Origin: an uncultured Nitrospiraceae bacterium
GTDB lineage: Bacteria; Nitrospirota; Nitrospiria; Nitrospirales; Nitrospiraceae
Direction: 5' to 3'
Assembly: GCA_963706325.1 (NCBI GenBank)
Contig: CAVPLT010000007.1
Coordinates: forward strand, 608,001 to 672,000
Length of the DNA stretch: 64,000 nucleotides
A model generated the notes under the pieces. That model had not been told where the DNA came from, did no database searches, and saw nothing but the letters and a program-made list of their open reading frames with translations. This document shows, in pieces, positions 9,834 through 20,083 of the stretch. Each line of letters starts with the position of its first letter. The first letter of the stretch is position 1. The translations under genes were made by a program, and so were the position numbers.

Positions 9834-12800
9834 ATGGATTCTCATTGGTTCACCCGTGTTACAACACGCGCCCTCAGCGTCATCGCTGGCGGCGCCCTCG
9901 TGTGTCTGCCGCTGGCCGCATCGGCTGAGGATCAGCCGCATGCAAACCATGCGGCGCCGCAACAGACGGCGATGTCACATCAATTGCCGTCGTGGGCGGA
10001 GCAGCTCAAGGGACAGACGATCGTCGAGGACGCCATGGTTGGAAAGCCAGAGCGTTCTGCCATGGTTGAACAGCAACATCAGCGCATCATGGATCATTTG
10101 ACCCAGGATCCGCAGGTGCAGCAGGTGAATACGGGTATGTTCAATACCCAAACCATGATGCATCAGTACGGCGCGGGTGGTCAGGACCTTCTCTTGATGT
10201 CCGACCCCCGGGTGGAGCCGGTGGCATTGACAAGTGGCGGTAAGTGTCCGGCCACCGCTCCTGTGAGGCAGTACAATGTGTCCGCGATCAACGTCGAGAT
10301 CACGCTCAATCAGTGGCTCGATTTCTATCCTGGCTACATGTATACGCTGGATGAGAATCTCGACAAGGTGCGAGCGGAAGAAACGACAAATCGCGAAGCG
10401 CGTGAAAAAGAAGGATTCGATCCAGGTGCGGTGATTCCGGGTGTGCAGGCGCAGTGGATTCAGCCCCTGGCCATTCGCGGTAATCAGGGCGATTGCGTCA
10501 AGATCAAGCTGAGCAATAAGTTAGAAGGCGGGGAGGACGTGAGCCTGCATATCCACGGCTCCAGCATGGTTGTCAGCGCTACCGGTGCATCGGCCGCGAC
10601 GACCAATTCGGATTCGATTGTTGCAAAAGAGAAGAGTGGCGAGTTCGAGTGGTACATCCATCCCAGCACGCAGGAGGGGGTGCGGCAGTTCCACACCTTC
10701 GCCAACGATCGTGAATTGACGGTGATGGGACTCTTCGGTTCCTTCATTGTTGAACCCCGCGGATCTGAATATCTCGAACCATTAGGCACCGGTGATCCTA
10801 CACCAGCGACCAGTGGCTGGCAGGTCATTATCAAGAATGGAACCGGCCCAGATTTTCGGGAATTCGTTCTGATGTATCACGAAGTCGGCGACGAAGCCTT
10901 CCGCCCCGTCAATAAGAAGGGCGACTTTTTGCCACAGCGAGATCCGCTGACAGATGCCTATCGTCCGGGTGGCCGCGCGATCAACTATCGCAGCGAGCCC
11001 TTCGGGATCAATAACATGCATGTGCAACACGAATATTTCGGCTTCGAGGATGAGTCGATGGGGTACAGCTCCTATACCTTCGGCGACGCCTCTCCGACAA
11101 TCCCCCGTTCCTACATGGGGGATCCGGCCAAGTTTAGGCTGGTTCATGGCGGATCGGAAGTATTCCACAGCCACCATCCCCATGGTGGAACTATCCGGTG
11201 GCCGCGGAGTCCTCGGGCCATCGATGACATGAATCTCTGGTCTACCGCTCAGAACGGGCCGGTCAAGTATCCCGTCATCCGTGCCAAGACGGACCGTGTC
11301 GATGTGGAAGTGATTGGGCCGTCAGAAGCCTTGGACCTGGAAACGGAGTGCGGATCGGGCCTCTGCCAGCAATTGGCCGGCGACTTCCTCTTCCACTGTC
11401 ACGTGGCGCACCACTATGTGGCTGGTATGTGGGGCTACTGGCGCGTCTATAATACGATTCAGCAGGGCGACATGCGTAACGACGTCATGCCGGACATGCG
11501 CGAATTGCCGGATCGGAAGGGGCGTATCAGGGCTCCCATCACTTCAGATAAATTAGTCGGTCAGACAGTCGATTGGTTCGGCAAAGCCTTCAAGATCGTG
11601 GAAAAGGGCAAGAGTGATTGGAAGTCCAATCCGGCTACGATCACGATCAAGGACTGGGTTGAAATGCAGCTCCCGACCATGGGCAAGCCAGGGCACAAGA
11701 ATGATGAAAAGGGTCAGATTGTGTCCTATGACGCCACGGTGTTGGACTGGGCTTGGGAAGGCACGCGTGCCTTGAGCGAGACGGAAAGCACTATCGACAA
11801 TCCTAAGTACAAGTCGACCCATCCAGGCAAACGGCATCCGATCACGTTCGAGCCCTTGACCGGCAAAGTTGCCTGGCCCCATCTCACCCCGCACTTCGGT
11901 AAGCGCGTCATGTTCTCTCCGAATCATAGCGGGGCACCTTGGCTAGAAATGATCCGCCGGGAAGCGAATGGCGAGGAGAGCGTCGATCAGGCGTTACCGG
12001 GTGAGAATGGCAATTGGAGCCTCTGCCCTGAGAACGCTGGTCGGAAAAGCTTTAACGTTCACTTCATCAAGCTGCCGATTACTATAGCGAAAAAAACTGG
12101 CAAAGAACCGTCAGTCGTCGACCCGAATGGTTTGATTTATGTGTTACATGAAGAGGAAGCCGACATTCGGAAGAATGACGATCTGAAATATCCGTTGGTT
12201 GTTCGTGGCAACATCTATGATTGTGTAGACTGGACTTTGACCAGTGAATGGGACGACGACGACTATACCAATTTCCAATCGTCGAAGATCAACACCCACT
12301 GGCATTTCCTCCAGTTCGACAACCAGGCATCTGACGGTGTGATCACCGGCTTCTCGTATGAACAGTCTGTGCGTCCGTTCACGATGCTCGAAAAGAAGAA
12401 TCCGAAGGGACTGCCTGTCCCGATGAACACCGTGTTTACCGCGCCGGCCAAGAAGGGCGCAACCACCATCACGGTGAAGAACGCCAAGCAGTACCATGTT
12501 GGCACGTTGATCCTCGTTGGTGCCGACAATGTGAAGGGTAACGAAATTTCCCGCATCAAGGCCATCAACGGTAACACGATCACGCTGGCCAAAGGGCTGA
12601 AGCATGATCACCCTGCCAATGACATCGTGACGGTGGAATTCGTTCGGCAACGATTCTGGGTTGATGCGGATGTGGGGACGGTCTTTTGGCACGACCACGC
12701 ATTCGGAGCGACCACTTGGCCACACGGTGGTTTCGGGACCTTTATCGCGGAGCCGGTTGGATCGACCTATCATGATCCGAAAAGTGGAAAGGCGATTCGC

Positions 12801-14699
12801 AGCGGCCCCATCGCAGACATTCACACCAACGAGCCGGTCGGCCATGGAGTGAACAACAGCTTCCGTGAGTTGATGGTGCAAGTGCACGATACCGTGCCGC
12901 ATACCGTCAACGTTGTGACGGCCGGTAATCCTCCCGGGCAGCCGATCGAAGTGGCGCTGGAAGCAGGCAAGACCGTATCGTTTATGATGCCTGAGAAAAT
13001 CTACATGACACCGATGCCGTTCCTGAACGGTGGCACACACACCACCGGCAGCGGCTTGAATTTCAGGGCGGCACCGATCGCGCAGCGGTTGGCGACGAAC
13101 CCCGATGTGTCGCAGGCCTTCAGCAGTCTCGTGCATGGTGATCCCTACACGCCGACCTTGCGGGCCTATGTCGGAGATACGATGGTGTTCCGTCTATTGC
13201 ACACCCTCATGAACGAGACTATGACCTGGACGCTGTCCGGTCACACGTTCTGGAGTGAGCGGTATGCCTCGGATGCCAATCGAAAGAATTCCATCCATAT
13301 CGGTATCGCGGAGCGGTACGATTTGGTCGTTCCCGAAGCGGGTGGTTCGCGGCATCAAGCCGGCGACTACATTCACTTCAATGGCCGGTCTTCGAAATTC
13401 TCCGAGGGCGGGTGGGGAATCATTCGAGTGCTGGATAAGGAGCAAGCGGACCTGAAGAAGCTGCCAGCGGGCTTCTCGATCAAGGGCGACATCCCAAAGA
13501 CTCTGCCGGTGTGTCCTGCAGGGGCTCCGGTCAAGAGTTTCAATGTCGTCGCGATGGATTTCGCCGGAATGAAGTTCAACGCGAAGGCGCCGGACGAAAT
13601 TGAAGTGGACTTCGAGCGCAAGATCCTTCTCAGCAACTCGGAAGCCAAGATCTATGCGTTGGAAGAGGACACGGCGAAAGTTGCGGCCGGCACGCATCCG
13701 ATGCCGCTGACGCTTCGCGTCAATTCCGGTGACTGTGTGAAGGTCCATTTGAAGAATAAGATGAAAGACAGCAGAGCCTCCTTCTCTGCGATCGGCCTGG
13801 CCTTCGATCCGAAGGATTCCATGGGCGCGAATGTGGGGAACAACCCGGGTGACCAGACGATTGCCCCGGGAGGCGAGCGTGAATATACATATTACGCGGA
13901 TCCGTTCAACGGTGAGACGACGTCGCTGGTGTGGGATTGGGGCAATGTGATGACCAATCCACGGAACGGGCTGTTCGGCGCCGTGGTAGTTGGTCCAAAG
14001 GGATCGAAGTATCGTGACCCGAAGACCGGGGCGGATCTGACCAACAAGAACGCCTGGATGGCCGACGTCATCATCGACCGTTCGGTGCCGGGGAATGAAA
14101 TGCGCCCGAATTACCGGGACGTGGCGTTGTTCTTCCAAGACGAAGACAACATCATCGGCACGAGCTTTATGCCGTACGTTCAGAATGTGGCGGGTTTGAC
14201 CGGCGTGAACTATCGGTCAGAACCGTACAAGTTCCGCGAAGAACAGGGCTGCTCGTTAGGCAAGGTCTTCCAGCCTTGCAAAGCGGACAAGCCGGAGGAT
14301 CCTACGACTCCGATCGTGGAGGCGCATGCGGGTGATCCTGTCCGTATCCACGTATTGGGTGTCAGCAACGAACAGAATGGCATGTTCAGTGTCGAGAAGC
14401 ACGAATGGCCGATCGAGCCGTTTATGCGCGGAGCCGACCACATTAGCGTGGTTGAATTCTCCGGCTCCGAAGTGCTCGATGCCTTCCTCCCTTCGGCTGG
14501 CGGTCCGTATCGTCTGCCGGGCGACTATGTCTACAGCAATCAGCGATTGCCTTACTCGCAGTCTGGTCAGTGGGGGTATGTGCGGGTATTGCCATCGGGT
14601 GATACGCGACTGCTGCCATTGGCTGGGGCAAGCGCCGGCGCGAAGAGTGCCGCGGTTGAGCAACCGGCTGCGCACGCGATACCTGTCGCGGCAAAATAG
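9834..14699 (+). CDS. Large periplasmic multicopper oxidase, MnxG-type motif order
   Basis: Signal peptide; HSHHPH, HCHVAHHYVAGM, THWH, WHDH; three repeats starting CPxxA...xNV. Confidence 0.85.
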   Translation: MDSHWFTRVTTRALSVIAGGALVCLPLAASAEDQPHANHAAPQQTAMSHQLPSWAEQLKGQTIVEDAMVGKPERSAMVEQQHQRIMDHLTQDPQVQQVNTGMFNTQTMMHQYGAGGQDLLLMSDPRVEPVALTSGGKCPATAPVRQYNVSAINVEITLNQWLDFYPGYMYTLDENLDKVRAEETTNREAREKEGFDPGAVIPGVQAQWIQPLAIRGNQGDCVKIKLSNKLEGGEDVSLHIHGSSMVVSATGASAATTNSDSIVAKEKSGEFEWYIHPSTQEGVRQFHTFANDRELTVMGLFGSFIVEPRGSEYLEPLGTGDPTPATSGWQVIIKNGTGPDFREFVLMYHEVGDEAFRPVNKKGDFLPQRDPLTDAYRPGGRAINYRSEPFGINNMHVQHEYFGFEDESMGYSSYTFGDASPTIPRSYMGDPAKFRLVHGGSEVFHSHHPHGGTIRWPRSPRAIDDMNLWSTAQNGPVKYPVIRAKTDRVDVEVIGPSEALDLETECGSGLCQQLAGDFLFHCHVAHHYVAGMWGYWRVYNTIQQGDMRNDVMPDMRELPDRKGRIRAPITSDKLVGQTVDWFGKAFKIVEKGKSDWKSNPATITIKDWVEMQLPTMGKPGHKNDEKGQIVSYDATVLDWAWEGTRALSETESTIDNPKYKSTHPGKRHPITFEPLTGKVAWPHLTPHFGKRVMFSPNHSGAPWLEMIRREANGEESVDQALPGENGNWSLCPENAGRKSFNVHFIKLPITIAKKTGKEPSVVDPNGLIYVLHEEEADIRKNDDLKYPLVVRGNIYDCVDWTLTSEWDDDDYTNFQSSKINTHWHFLQFDNQASDGVITGFSYEQSVRPFTMLEKKNPKGLPVPMNTVFTAPAKKGATTITVKNAKQYHVGTLILVGADNVKGNEISRIKAINGNTITLAKGLKHDHPANDIVTVEFVRQRFWVDADVGTVFWHDHAFGATTWPHGGFGTFIAEPVGSTYHDPKSGKAIRSGPIADIHTNEPVGHGVNNSFRELMVQVHDTVPHTVNVVTAGNPPGQPIEVALEAGKTVSFMMPEKIYMTPMPFLNGGTHTTGSGLNFRAAPIAQRLATNPDVSQAFSSLVHGDPYTPTLRAYVGDTMVFRLLHTLMNETMTWTLSGHTFWSERYASDANRKNSIHIGIAERYDLVVPEAGGSRHQAGDYIHFNGRSSKFSEGGWGIIRVLDKEQADLKKLPAGFSIKGDIPKTLPVCPAGAPVKSFNVVAMDFAGMKFNAKAPDEIEVDFERKILLSNSEAKIYALEEDTAKVAAGTHPMPLTLRVNSGDCVKVHLKNKMKDSRASFSAIGLAFDPKDSMGANVGNNPGDQTIAPGGEREYTYYADPFNGETTSLVWDWGNVMTNPRNGLFGAVVVGPKGSKYRDPKTGADLTNKNAWMADVIIDRSVPGNEMRPNYRDVALFFQDEDNIIGTSFMPYVQNVAGLTGVNYRSEPYKFREEQGCSLGKVFQPCKADKPEDPTTPIVEAHAGDPVRIHVLGVSNEQNGMFSVEKHEWPIEPFMRGADHISVVEFSGSEVLDAFLPSAGGPYRLPGDYVYSNQRLPYSQSGQWGYVRVLPSGDTRLLPLAGASAGAKSAAVEQPAAHAIPVAAK

Positions 14700-14729
14700 A
14701 CAAGCCGAATCTCACGAGAGAGGCGCACG

Positions 14730-14764
14730 AAGGGGGGAGCCTGCAAAGGCTCCCCCCTTTTGTT
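14730..14764 (+). terminator. Rho-independent terminator
   Basis: AAGGGGGGAGCCT-GCAA-AGGCTCCCCCCTT followed by a T-rich tail. Confidence 0.85.
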
Positions 14765-14859
14765 ATGGCGTCTCCATTGTGTATGATGAAAACACGTGTT
14801 CAATGTTTTTGTGGATACTCTACGTAATCGACCACATTTTTATTAGTTGGAGGGATGAC

Positions 14860-15768
14860 ATGCGAATGGTCGGCTTTGCCCTGTTGTGTGCCATCGGTGC
14901 CTGCTGGTCGTCGTCGTGGGCCTATGACGAGATCCCGGTCACGGATGGCGGGAGCATTTCCGGTACAGTGACCATGATCGGGGGAAAACCCACCCCTAAA
15001 GGATATAACCTGATCACATTCCCTGACCCTGTCTATTGCGGCCGGATTTCTACCGGGACCGGATGGCGAATCCTTGACGAATTTGCCATGGGTGCCGGTA
15101 ACGGCCTCAAGGATGTAGTGGTCGTGCTCACCGACGCCACGAAGGGCAAACCGTTCAAGTTCGAACCCTTGACCATTGAAGCGCGCGATTGTCGGTTCCT
15201 TCCCTTTGTGACGGTGGTCAAAGACGGAGCAGATGTCGTCGTCATGAACATGGATCCGGTCATGCACGATATCCAGGCCTATGAAACGTCTCAATTGGGC
15301 CCTCGAGTCTTGTTTAATACGCCGCTGCCGATGAATCCCCATCATAAGCGCGTGGTGACCGCAGAGAGCCATGAACATTTGCCCGGCCAGCCGGTCAAGG
15401 AAGAGATTCATATGACCAAGGGCCGGCGTTTGTTTGTTATGCAATGTGGGTTTCATGCCTACATGGAAAGCTGGGGATTCGCGGTGGACAATCCCTACTA
15501 TTCCTTGACCGGCGACGGTGGGACGTTCACGTTGACGGATGTGCCGCCTGGTGAATACACACTGATGGCATGGCACCCCGGCGTTGGAACGACCTTGCAA
15601 AAGACTGTGACGGTTACGGGGAAAGATGTGACAACGGCCGATTTTTCGTTCGACGCGCCCAAGGGACGGCGAAGTGTCCATGAAATCGAAGAGAATCCAC
15701 ACTATGGGCCGGAGTCTTTAGGGAAAGTGGTCGATATTCGTCCCACCTTGCAGCGTCAAGTTCCGTAA
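14860..15768 (+). CDS. Periplasmic carboxypeptidase-regulatory-like/cupredoxin-like protein
   Basis: Signal peptide; VMHDI...QCGFHAYM; G.F.L.DVPPGEYTLMAWH. Start taken after GGAGGG. Confidence 0.75.
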   Translation: MRMVGFALLCAIGACWSSSWAYDEIPVTDGGSISGTVTMIGGKPTPKGYNLITFPDPVYCGRISTGTGWRILDEFAMGAGNGLKDVVVVLTDATKGKPFKFEPLTIEARDCRFLPFVTVVKDGADVVVMNMDPVMHDIQAYETSQLGPRVLFNTPLPMNPHHKRVVTAESHEHLPGQPVKEEIHMTKGRRLFVMQCGFHAYMESWGFAVDNPYYSLTGDGGTFTLTDVPPGEYTLMAWHPGVGTTLQKTVTVTGKDVTTADFSFDAPKGRRSVHEIEENPHYGPESLGKVVDIRPTLQRQVP

Positions 15769-15794
15769 TTTCTGCGCAAGAAAATGGGTGACAT

Positions 15795-16727
15795 ATGGCG
15801 CTGAGTCTATCCCGTGTGGTTCGCGTTGCTCTGCTTCTCGCTGCCGTCTGGCTCGGTTCTCTCGTTCCGCCAGCCGATTCCTATGACGTCGTAGTCGTTC
15901 AGCATGGGGGTACGGTCGAGGGTCAAGTCACCCTCGTTGGAGCCGTTCCGGAACCCAAGGGATTCAATCTGATTACCTTTCCCGACCCCACCTATTGCGG
16001 CCGGATCTCAAATGGGAAGGGTTGGCGTTTGCTGTACGACTTCACCGTTGCTTCCGACGGAGGGCTGAAAAATGCGATCGTCACGCTGGAAGGTGTCGAG
16101 TCAGGCAAACCGTTCGATCTTTCGGTGCCGTTGATCGAAGCGCGCGATTGTATCTTTCAGCCGTGGGTTACGATTGTACGGAATGGGCATGCGGTAGAGG
16201 TCGTGAACATGGATCCAGTCATGCACGACATTCAAGGTTATGAAACCTCCCTGGAAGCCGGCGCGCGGGTTCTGTTCAATACCCCCCTGATCCTCAATCA
16301 AAACCATCAACGGGGCAACATTCACGCCATTCATAATCATGCGCCGGGCAAGTCTTTGGTTGGCCCGATCTATTTGAACAAGGGACGCCGCACGTTTTAC
16401 ATGCAGTGCGGGTTTCACGCCTATATGGAAAGCTGGGCCATGGCTGTCAACAATCCCTATTATGCCGTGACGGACGACCAGGGCGCGTTCAAGATTGATG
16501 ATGTCCCACCTGGGATCTATCAGATGGTCGTGTGGCATCCGCAGTCTGGCCCGGGGGTGACGCGGACCATCACTGTCGTTCCGAATGGAAAGACAACGGA
16601 ACAGGTCGCCCTCCCGGCCCCGAAGGGGAACCGGACAGCCTATAGAGTCATGGAGAACCCTCGGTTCGGCCTGGAATCTCTTGGGCATCCCGTGGAGATT
16701 CTGCCGCTGGTGGAGCATCAACACTAA
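15795..16727 (+). CDS. Paralog of the 14860 protein (cupredoxin-like)
   Basis: Shares NLITFPDP.YCGRIS, IEARDC, NMDPVMHDIQ and MQCGFHAYMESW. Confidence 0.8.
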   Translation: MALSLSRVVRVALLLAAVWLGSLVPPADSYDVVVVQHGGTVEGQVTLVGAVPEPKGFNLITFPDPTYCGRISNGKGWRLLYDFTVASDGGLKNAIVTLEGVESGKPFDLSVPLIEARDCIFQPWVTIVRNGHAVEVVNMDPVMHDIQGYETSLEAGARVLFNTPLILNQNHQRGNIHAIHNHAPGKSLVGPIYLNKGRRTFYMQCGFHAYMESWAMAVNNPYYAVTDDQGAFKIDDVPPGIYQMVVWHPQSGPGVTRTITVVPNGKTTEQVALPAPKGNRTAYRVMENPRFGLESLGHPVEILPLVEHQH

Positions 16728-17373
16728 TTTAGAACGAAGCGACCTCGCGCTGTGGATATTGGCAAGTTGCTTCTCGCTGAGCCTATGTCTGGCTACCGGT
16801 CTTCGCGCAGCTGATCAACTGGACTCGCCCGAGCCGCCGATTGCTAAGCAGGCAGAGTTTTCAGGGACATTGGTGAAGCGGGTGGAAGGGCGTCGCTTCG
16901 AGGCTCAAGTGTATGCCAAGGGCGACCGACTGCGTCTGGAATATAAGTACGCCCTGAAGACGGACCTGGGATATTCCAGCATCGAAATTATTTGCTTGGA
17001 TAGAGGCGAATCTTGGTTCTTGTTGGCTCAGCGCCGCCAAATACTTCCTGTTCCTATTAAATCCGACGACATCCTGCCGATTCAACCGGGTCTCCCCGGA
17101 GAAGAAAGTAGAGCGCTGGTGGGTGATGCCACGACGATCGGTCGCCCGTCGAAACTCTACGAGGTGCGAGTGGATTATAACGGGCGGAACGAACGATTTT
17201 ATGAATGGGTGGATGTGGAAACAGGGGTTGTATTGAAATTGGTGAGCCAAGATCGAGAGTGGTCCGTAGAGTATCTGCGTATTCGATTCTCCCCCCAGCC
17301 AGCCTACTATTTTGACGAGCCGACGGGGTATAGGCGCTGGGTACCGACATCTACTTCACAAGAACGAGGGTGA
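16585..17373 (+). CDS. Exported beta-rich protein (LolA/RseB/DUF4412-like); true start probably after 16727
   Basis: Signal-like LWILASCFSLSLCLATGLRA; IGRPSKLYEV...YEWVDVETGVVLK...YFDEPTGY resembles LolA-fold proteins. Confidence 0.5.
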   Translation: MERQRNRSPSRPRRGTGQPIESWRTLGSAWNLLGIPWRFCRWWSINTNLERSDLALWILASCFSLSLCLATGLRAADQLDSPEPPIAKQAEFSGTLVKRVEGRRFEAQVYAKGDRLRLEYKYALKTDLGYSSIEIICLDRGESWFLLAQRRQILPVPIKSDDILPIQPGLPGEESRALVGDATTIGRPSKLYEVRVDYNGRNERFYEWVDVETGVVLKLVSQDREWSVEYLRIRFSPQPAYYFDEPTGYRRWVPTSTSQERG

Positions 17374-17406
17374 TGCGCCGGGCCGCGACTCTCATTGAGG
17401 CATGCC

Positions 17407-18858
17407 ATGCATTTGAAGGCGAGTGCGAGTGGGGCTCGGAAGTCGGGCGGATGGATGGCGCTGATGATCATCTCGGGGGCGCTGGTGTGTCTCTGGCCAT
17501 CTGCCGCATCGGCGCGTTCGGTAAAGGAGGCTCAAGGGGCGTTTGACAAGAAGCAGTATGAGGAGGCGCTGGACCTGATCGAGCAGATTGTCAAAGAGAA
17601 GGGGCCTCAGCCAGAGATGAGGCGGCTCAAGATTCGATCCCTCATTCATGTGGGCAAACCGAAAGACGCGCTGGCTGAATATGATCAGCTGACACAAGGA
17701 CTTACGCAGGACGATCCGGTTCTTCTCAGAGAATTGGGAATAGGGTTTGCCACGGTCCTGGTGAAAGACATGCGGGAGCAGATGCGAGGCGCGGCCTATA
17801 CGGCTCTTAAAGATGTGGATTCTCCCGAAACCATCCCCTTCCTGGAAGACGGGTTGAGTGATGGGTCAGGCTTGGTGCGAGCTCTGGCGGCAGAGGCGTT
17901 GGGGAAACTCGAAGCCGGTCGGCGTTCGCCGCGATTGCGCAATGCTCTGGAGGACCAAGCGGGATTGGTGAAGGCGACCGTGCTGAAAGTGCTGGGAAAG
18001 AGCGGCGATCGATCCGTGATCCCGCTGCTTGAGAAGGCTCTGAAGGACGAGCAGCCGGTCGTGCGCTTGGCGGCCGCCGGGGCGCTCTACCACATGGGGC
18101 AGACGGCGATGTGGGAAACGGTTCGTCAGGCGGCATCGGCGCAAAACCCAGAAGAGCGAGCCACGGCACTCCGCTTGGTTGGAGAGTTGAAGGACGCGCG
18201 AGGGTTGGAGATTCTTTTGGAGGCCGTCACCCATGCGCAACCTTCCGTCAGAGGCGCCGCTGCCTCCGCCTTGGGAGATCTTGGGAAAGTGCAGGGAATT
18301 CCAGCCTTGGAGCGCGCTCTTGAAGACAAGATTCCAGCCGTCAAGACGTCAGCGGCGATCAGCCTAGGAGAATTGGGCGTGAAAGATTCTCTGGTTCCAC
18401 TGAGGAAAGCGCTGGTGGATCCAAACCCTGTGGTGAGGGCTGCAGTGGTATCGGCGCTGCTGCGAGTGGGAGAACCGTTTGAAGCGGTTGGGCCCGAGCT
18501 GTATGAATTGGCTCAAAACAATGATCCGGGAACTCGCTCCGCGGTCGGCAAAGCCGTGGGTCGCGCCCATGGCGTCAACCGGAAGGCGGGCATCGAATTC
18601 CTCGCCGGCATGTTGAAGGATCCCATTCCCCGCCCTCGCATTGCGGCGGCTCGCGCGCTTGGACAGATCGGAGGGGCTGACGTCCTACCGATCTTGAAAG
18701 CGTCGCTGCGCGATGAAGATGATGCCGTTCGTGCGACTGCGGGGGGAGCGATAGCCCGAGTTCTCGGACACACAAAATTATCAGGTAATTCAGCGAAAAT
18801 TGTGAGCGTCCAGGTGGCTGGATTTCAAGTTGACAGTGCGAGTAAGATTCCAGTATAG
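17407..18858 (+). CDS. Exported HEAT-repeat protein with N-terminal TPR-like segment
   Basis: Repeated L.D....VR..AA.ALG units; signal peptide. Confidence 0.8.
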   Translation: MHLKASASGARKSGGWMALMIISGALVCLWPSAASARSVKEAQGAFDKKQYEEALDLIEQIVKEKGPQPEMRRLKIRSLIHVGKPKDALAEYDQLTQGLTQDDPVLLRELGIGFATVLVKDMREQMRGAAYTALKDVDSPETIPFLEDGLSDGSGLVRALAAEALGKLEAGRRSPRLRNALEDQAGLVKATVLKVLGKSGDRSVIPLLEKALKDEQPVVRLAAAGALYHMGQTAMWETVRQAASAQNPEERATALRLVGELKDARGLEILLEAVTHAQPSVRGAAASALGDLGKVQGIPALERALEDKIPAVKTSAAISLGELGVKDSLVPLRKALVDPNPVVRAAVVSALLRVGEPFEAVGPELYELAQNNDPGTRSAVGKAVGRAHGVNRKAGIEFLAGMLKDPIPRPRIAAARALGQIGGADVLPILKASLRDEDDAVRATAGGAIARVLGHTKLSGNSAKIVSVQVAGFQVDSASKIPV

Positions 18859-18859
18859 A
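18830..18859 (+). promoter_or_regulatory. Possible sigma70 promoter
   Basis: TTGACA-18bp-TATAGA upstream of 19006. Confidence 0.45.
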
Positions 18860-19005
18860 CAAATGTTCAGAGGTCTGAGCTCAGCGCGTTATCTCTGTCT
18901 ATCGAACGAGACTGACATCGGGGGCAGTAGTCACCGGCCCCTCCGTAATTGATTGGGTGACGGAAGTAGAGATTCGGTTAATGTTCATTACAAGGAGGCA
19001 GTGAC

Positions 19006-19800
19006 ATGAAGGGTGCGATGAAAATAGTATTCGGCGTTGCGGCCGCAGCGTTTCTGGCTGCGCCCCTCGCCTCGTTTGCCGGCGGCACGATAGCCGGTAA
19101 GGTGACGTATGCAGGGAAGGCGGAGCAGAAGGAATTTCTCTTCTCGAAGTTTCCGAATCCAAAGTTCTGCCCCAAGAACCCGAACAAGGCCCTCATGGAT
19201 GGCGATAAGCGCTTCCTGAAGACCATAGAGGTGGGTAAAGACGGCGGATTGAAAAACGCCATTGTCTCTGTGGTTGACGTCGAGGATCAGGCTTTTATGG
19301 ATGGCTATAAGGGCGTGGATGTCGTTGCAGAGTTTTGCGAATTCCTGCCGTTTTCCGGAGTGGTGGTCAACAACAAGAATTTTCGCGTAGAAAATCATGA
19401 TGCTGATCCCGATGACCCCAAGTCCACCTTGGGCGTGCTCCACAACCCGCACAGCTTTGTGGTGAAGGGTTCCAGCTCCGCCACCGGTTTCAACATCGGT
19501 TTGGCGAAGAAGGGTGATAAGTTAGAGAAGCCCGTACAGTTCCGCGGCGGTGCCGAAAAGACCGGCTTCTATCGCTTGCAGTGCGACCAGCATGAGTTCA
19601 TGCAGTCCTTCTTCCTCCCGGTATGGAATCCGTACCATGCCGTGGTGAAGGACGATGGATCGTTCGAGCTCTCTGGTGTTCCAGCCGGGAAGCACAAAGT
19701 GGTGGTTTGGCACCCTGCTGTCGGCAAGGGTAAGCTGAATGAATTCGAAGTTGAAGTTCCGGAAGGTGGAGCGGCCACTTTGAAGGCTGACCTCAAGTAA
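19006..19800 (+). CDS. Third cupredoxin-like/carboxypeptidase-regulatory-like periplasmic protein
   Basis: AAGGAGG RBS; signal peptide; VLHNPH...QCDQHEFM; GVPAGKHKVVVWHP. Confidence 0.8.
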   Translation: MKGAMKIVFGVAAAAFLAAPLASFAGGTIAGKVTYAGKAEQKEFLFSKFPNPKFCPKNPNKALMDGDKRFLKTIEVGKDGGLKNAIVSVVDVEDQAFMDGYKGVDVVAEFCEFLPFSGVVVNNKNFRVENHDADPDDPKSTLGVLHNPHSFVVKGSSSATGFNIGLAKKGDKLEKPVQFRGGAEKTGFYRLQCDQHEFMQSFFLPVWNPYHAVVKDDGSFELSGVPAGKHKVVVWHPAVGKGKLNEFEVEVPEGGAATLKADLK

Positions 19801-19835
19801 GATCAGTTTTTAAGCTGCGGAATGGCTCGCTGACA

Positions 19836-19872
19836 GAAGGGCAGTGGTTCGAACCGGACCACTGCCCTTTTT
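19836..19872 (+). terminator. Rho-independent terminator
   Basis: AAGGGCAGTGGT...ACCACTGCCCTT followed by a T tract. Confidence 0.8.
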
Positions 19873-20083
19873 GTTGCGTCGCTTCATCTACTGCTTGGTC
19901 GTGTCGTACGCGCGCAGTTTTAGGAGGCCAATCGACGGCGCCTGTACCAGCCAATCTGCCGAGTGAGCGCATCAGCAAGAGGCTTGTCGGCACGGGTTTC
20001 TGAAGGGTTACTCGCCTTGCGTTTCTCTTTCTGAACTTAGTAAGATGCCCACTTCAATGCCACATTTTTTGAGTGGGTGACGA

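Noticed and set aside
12144..14138. Long antisense ORFs (330 and 314 aa), and similar ones elsewhere in the window
   Set aside because: Shadow frames of well-supported genes in GC-rich DNA; no motifs.
14326..14859. N-terminal extension of the 480-aa ORF-track call
   Set aside because: It overlaps the MCO 3' end and its terminator; the RBS and signal peptide indicate a start at 14860.
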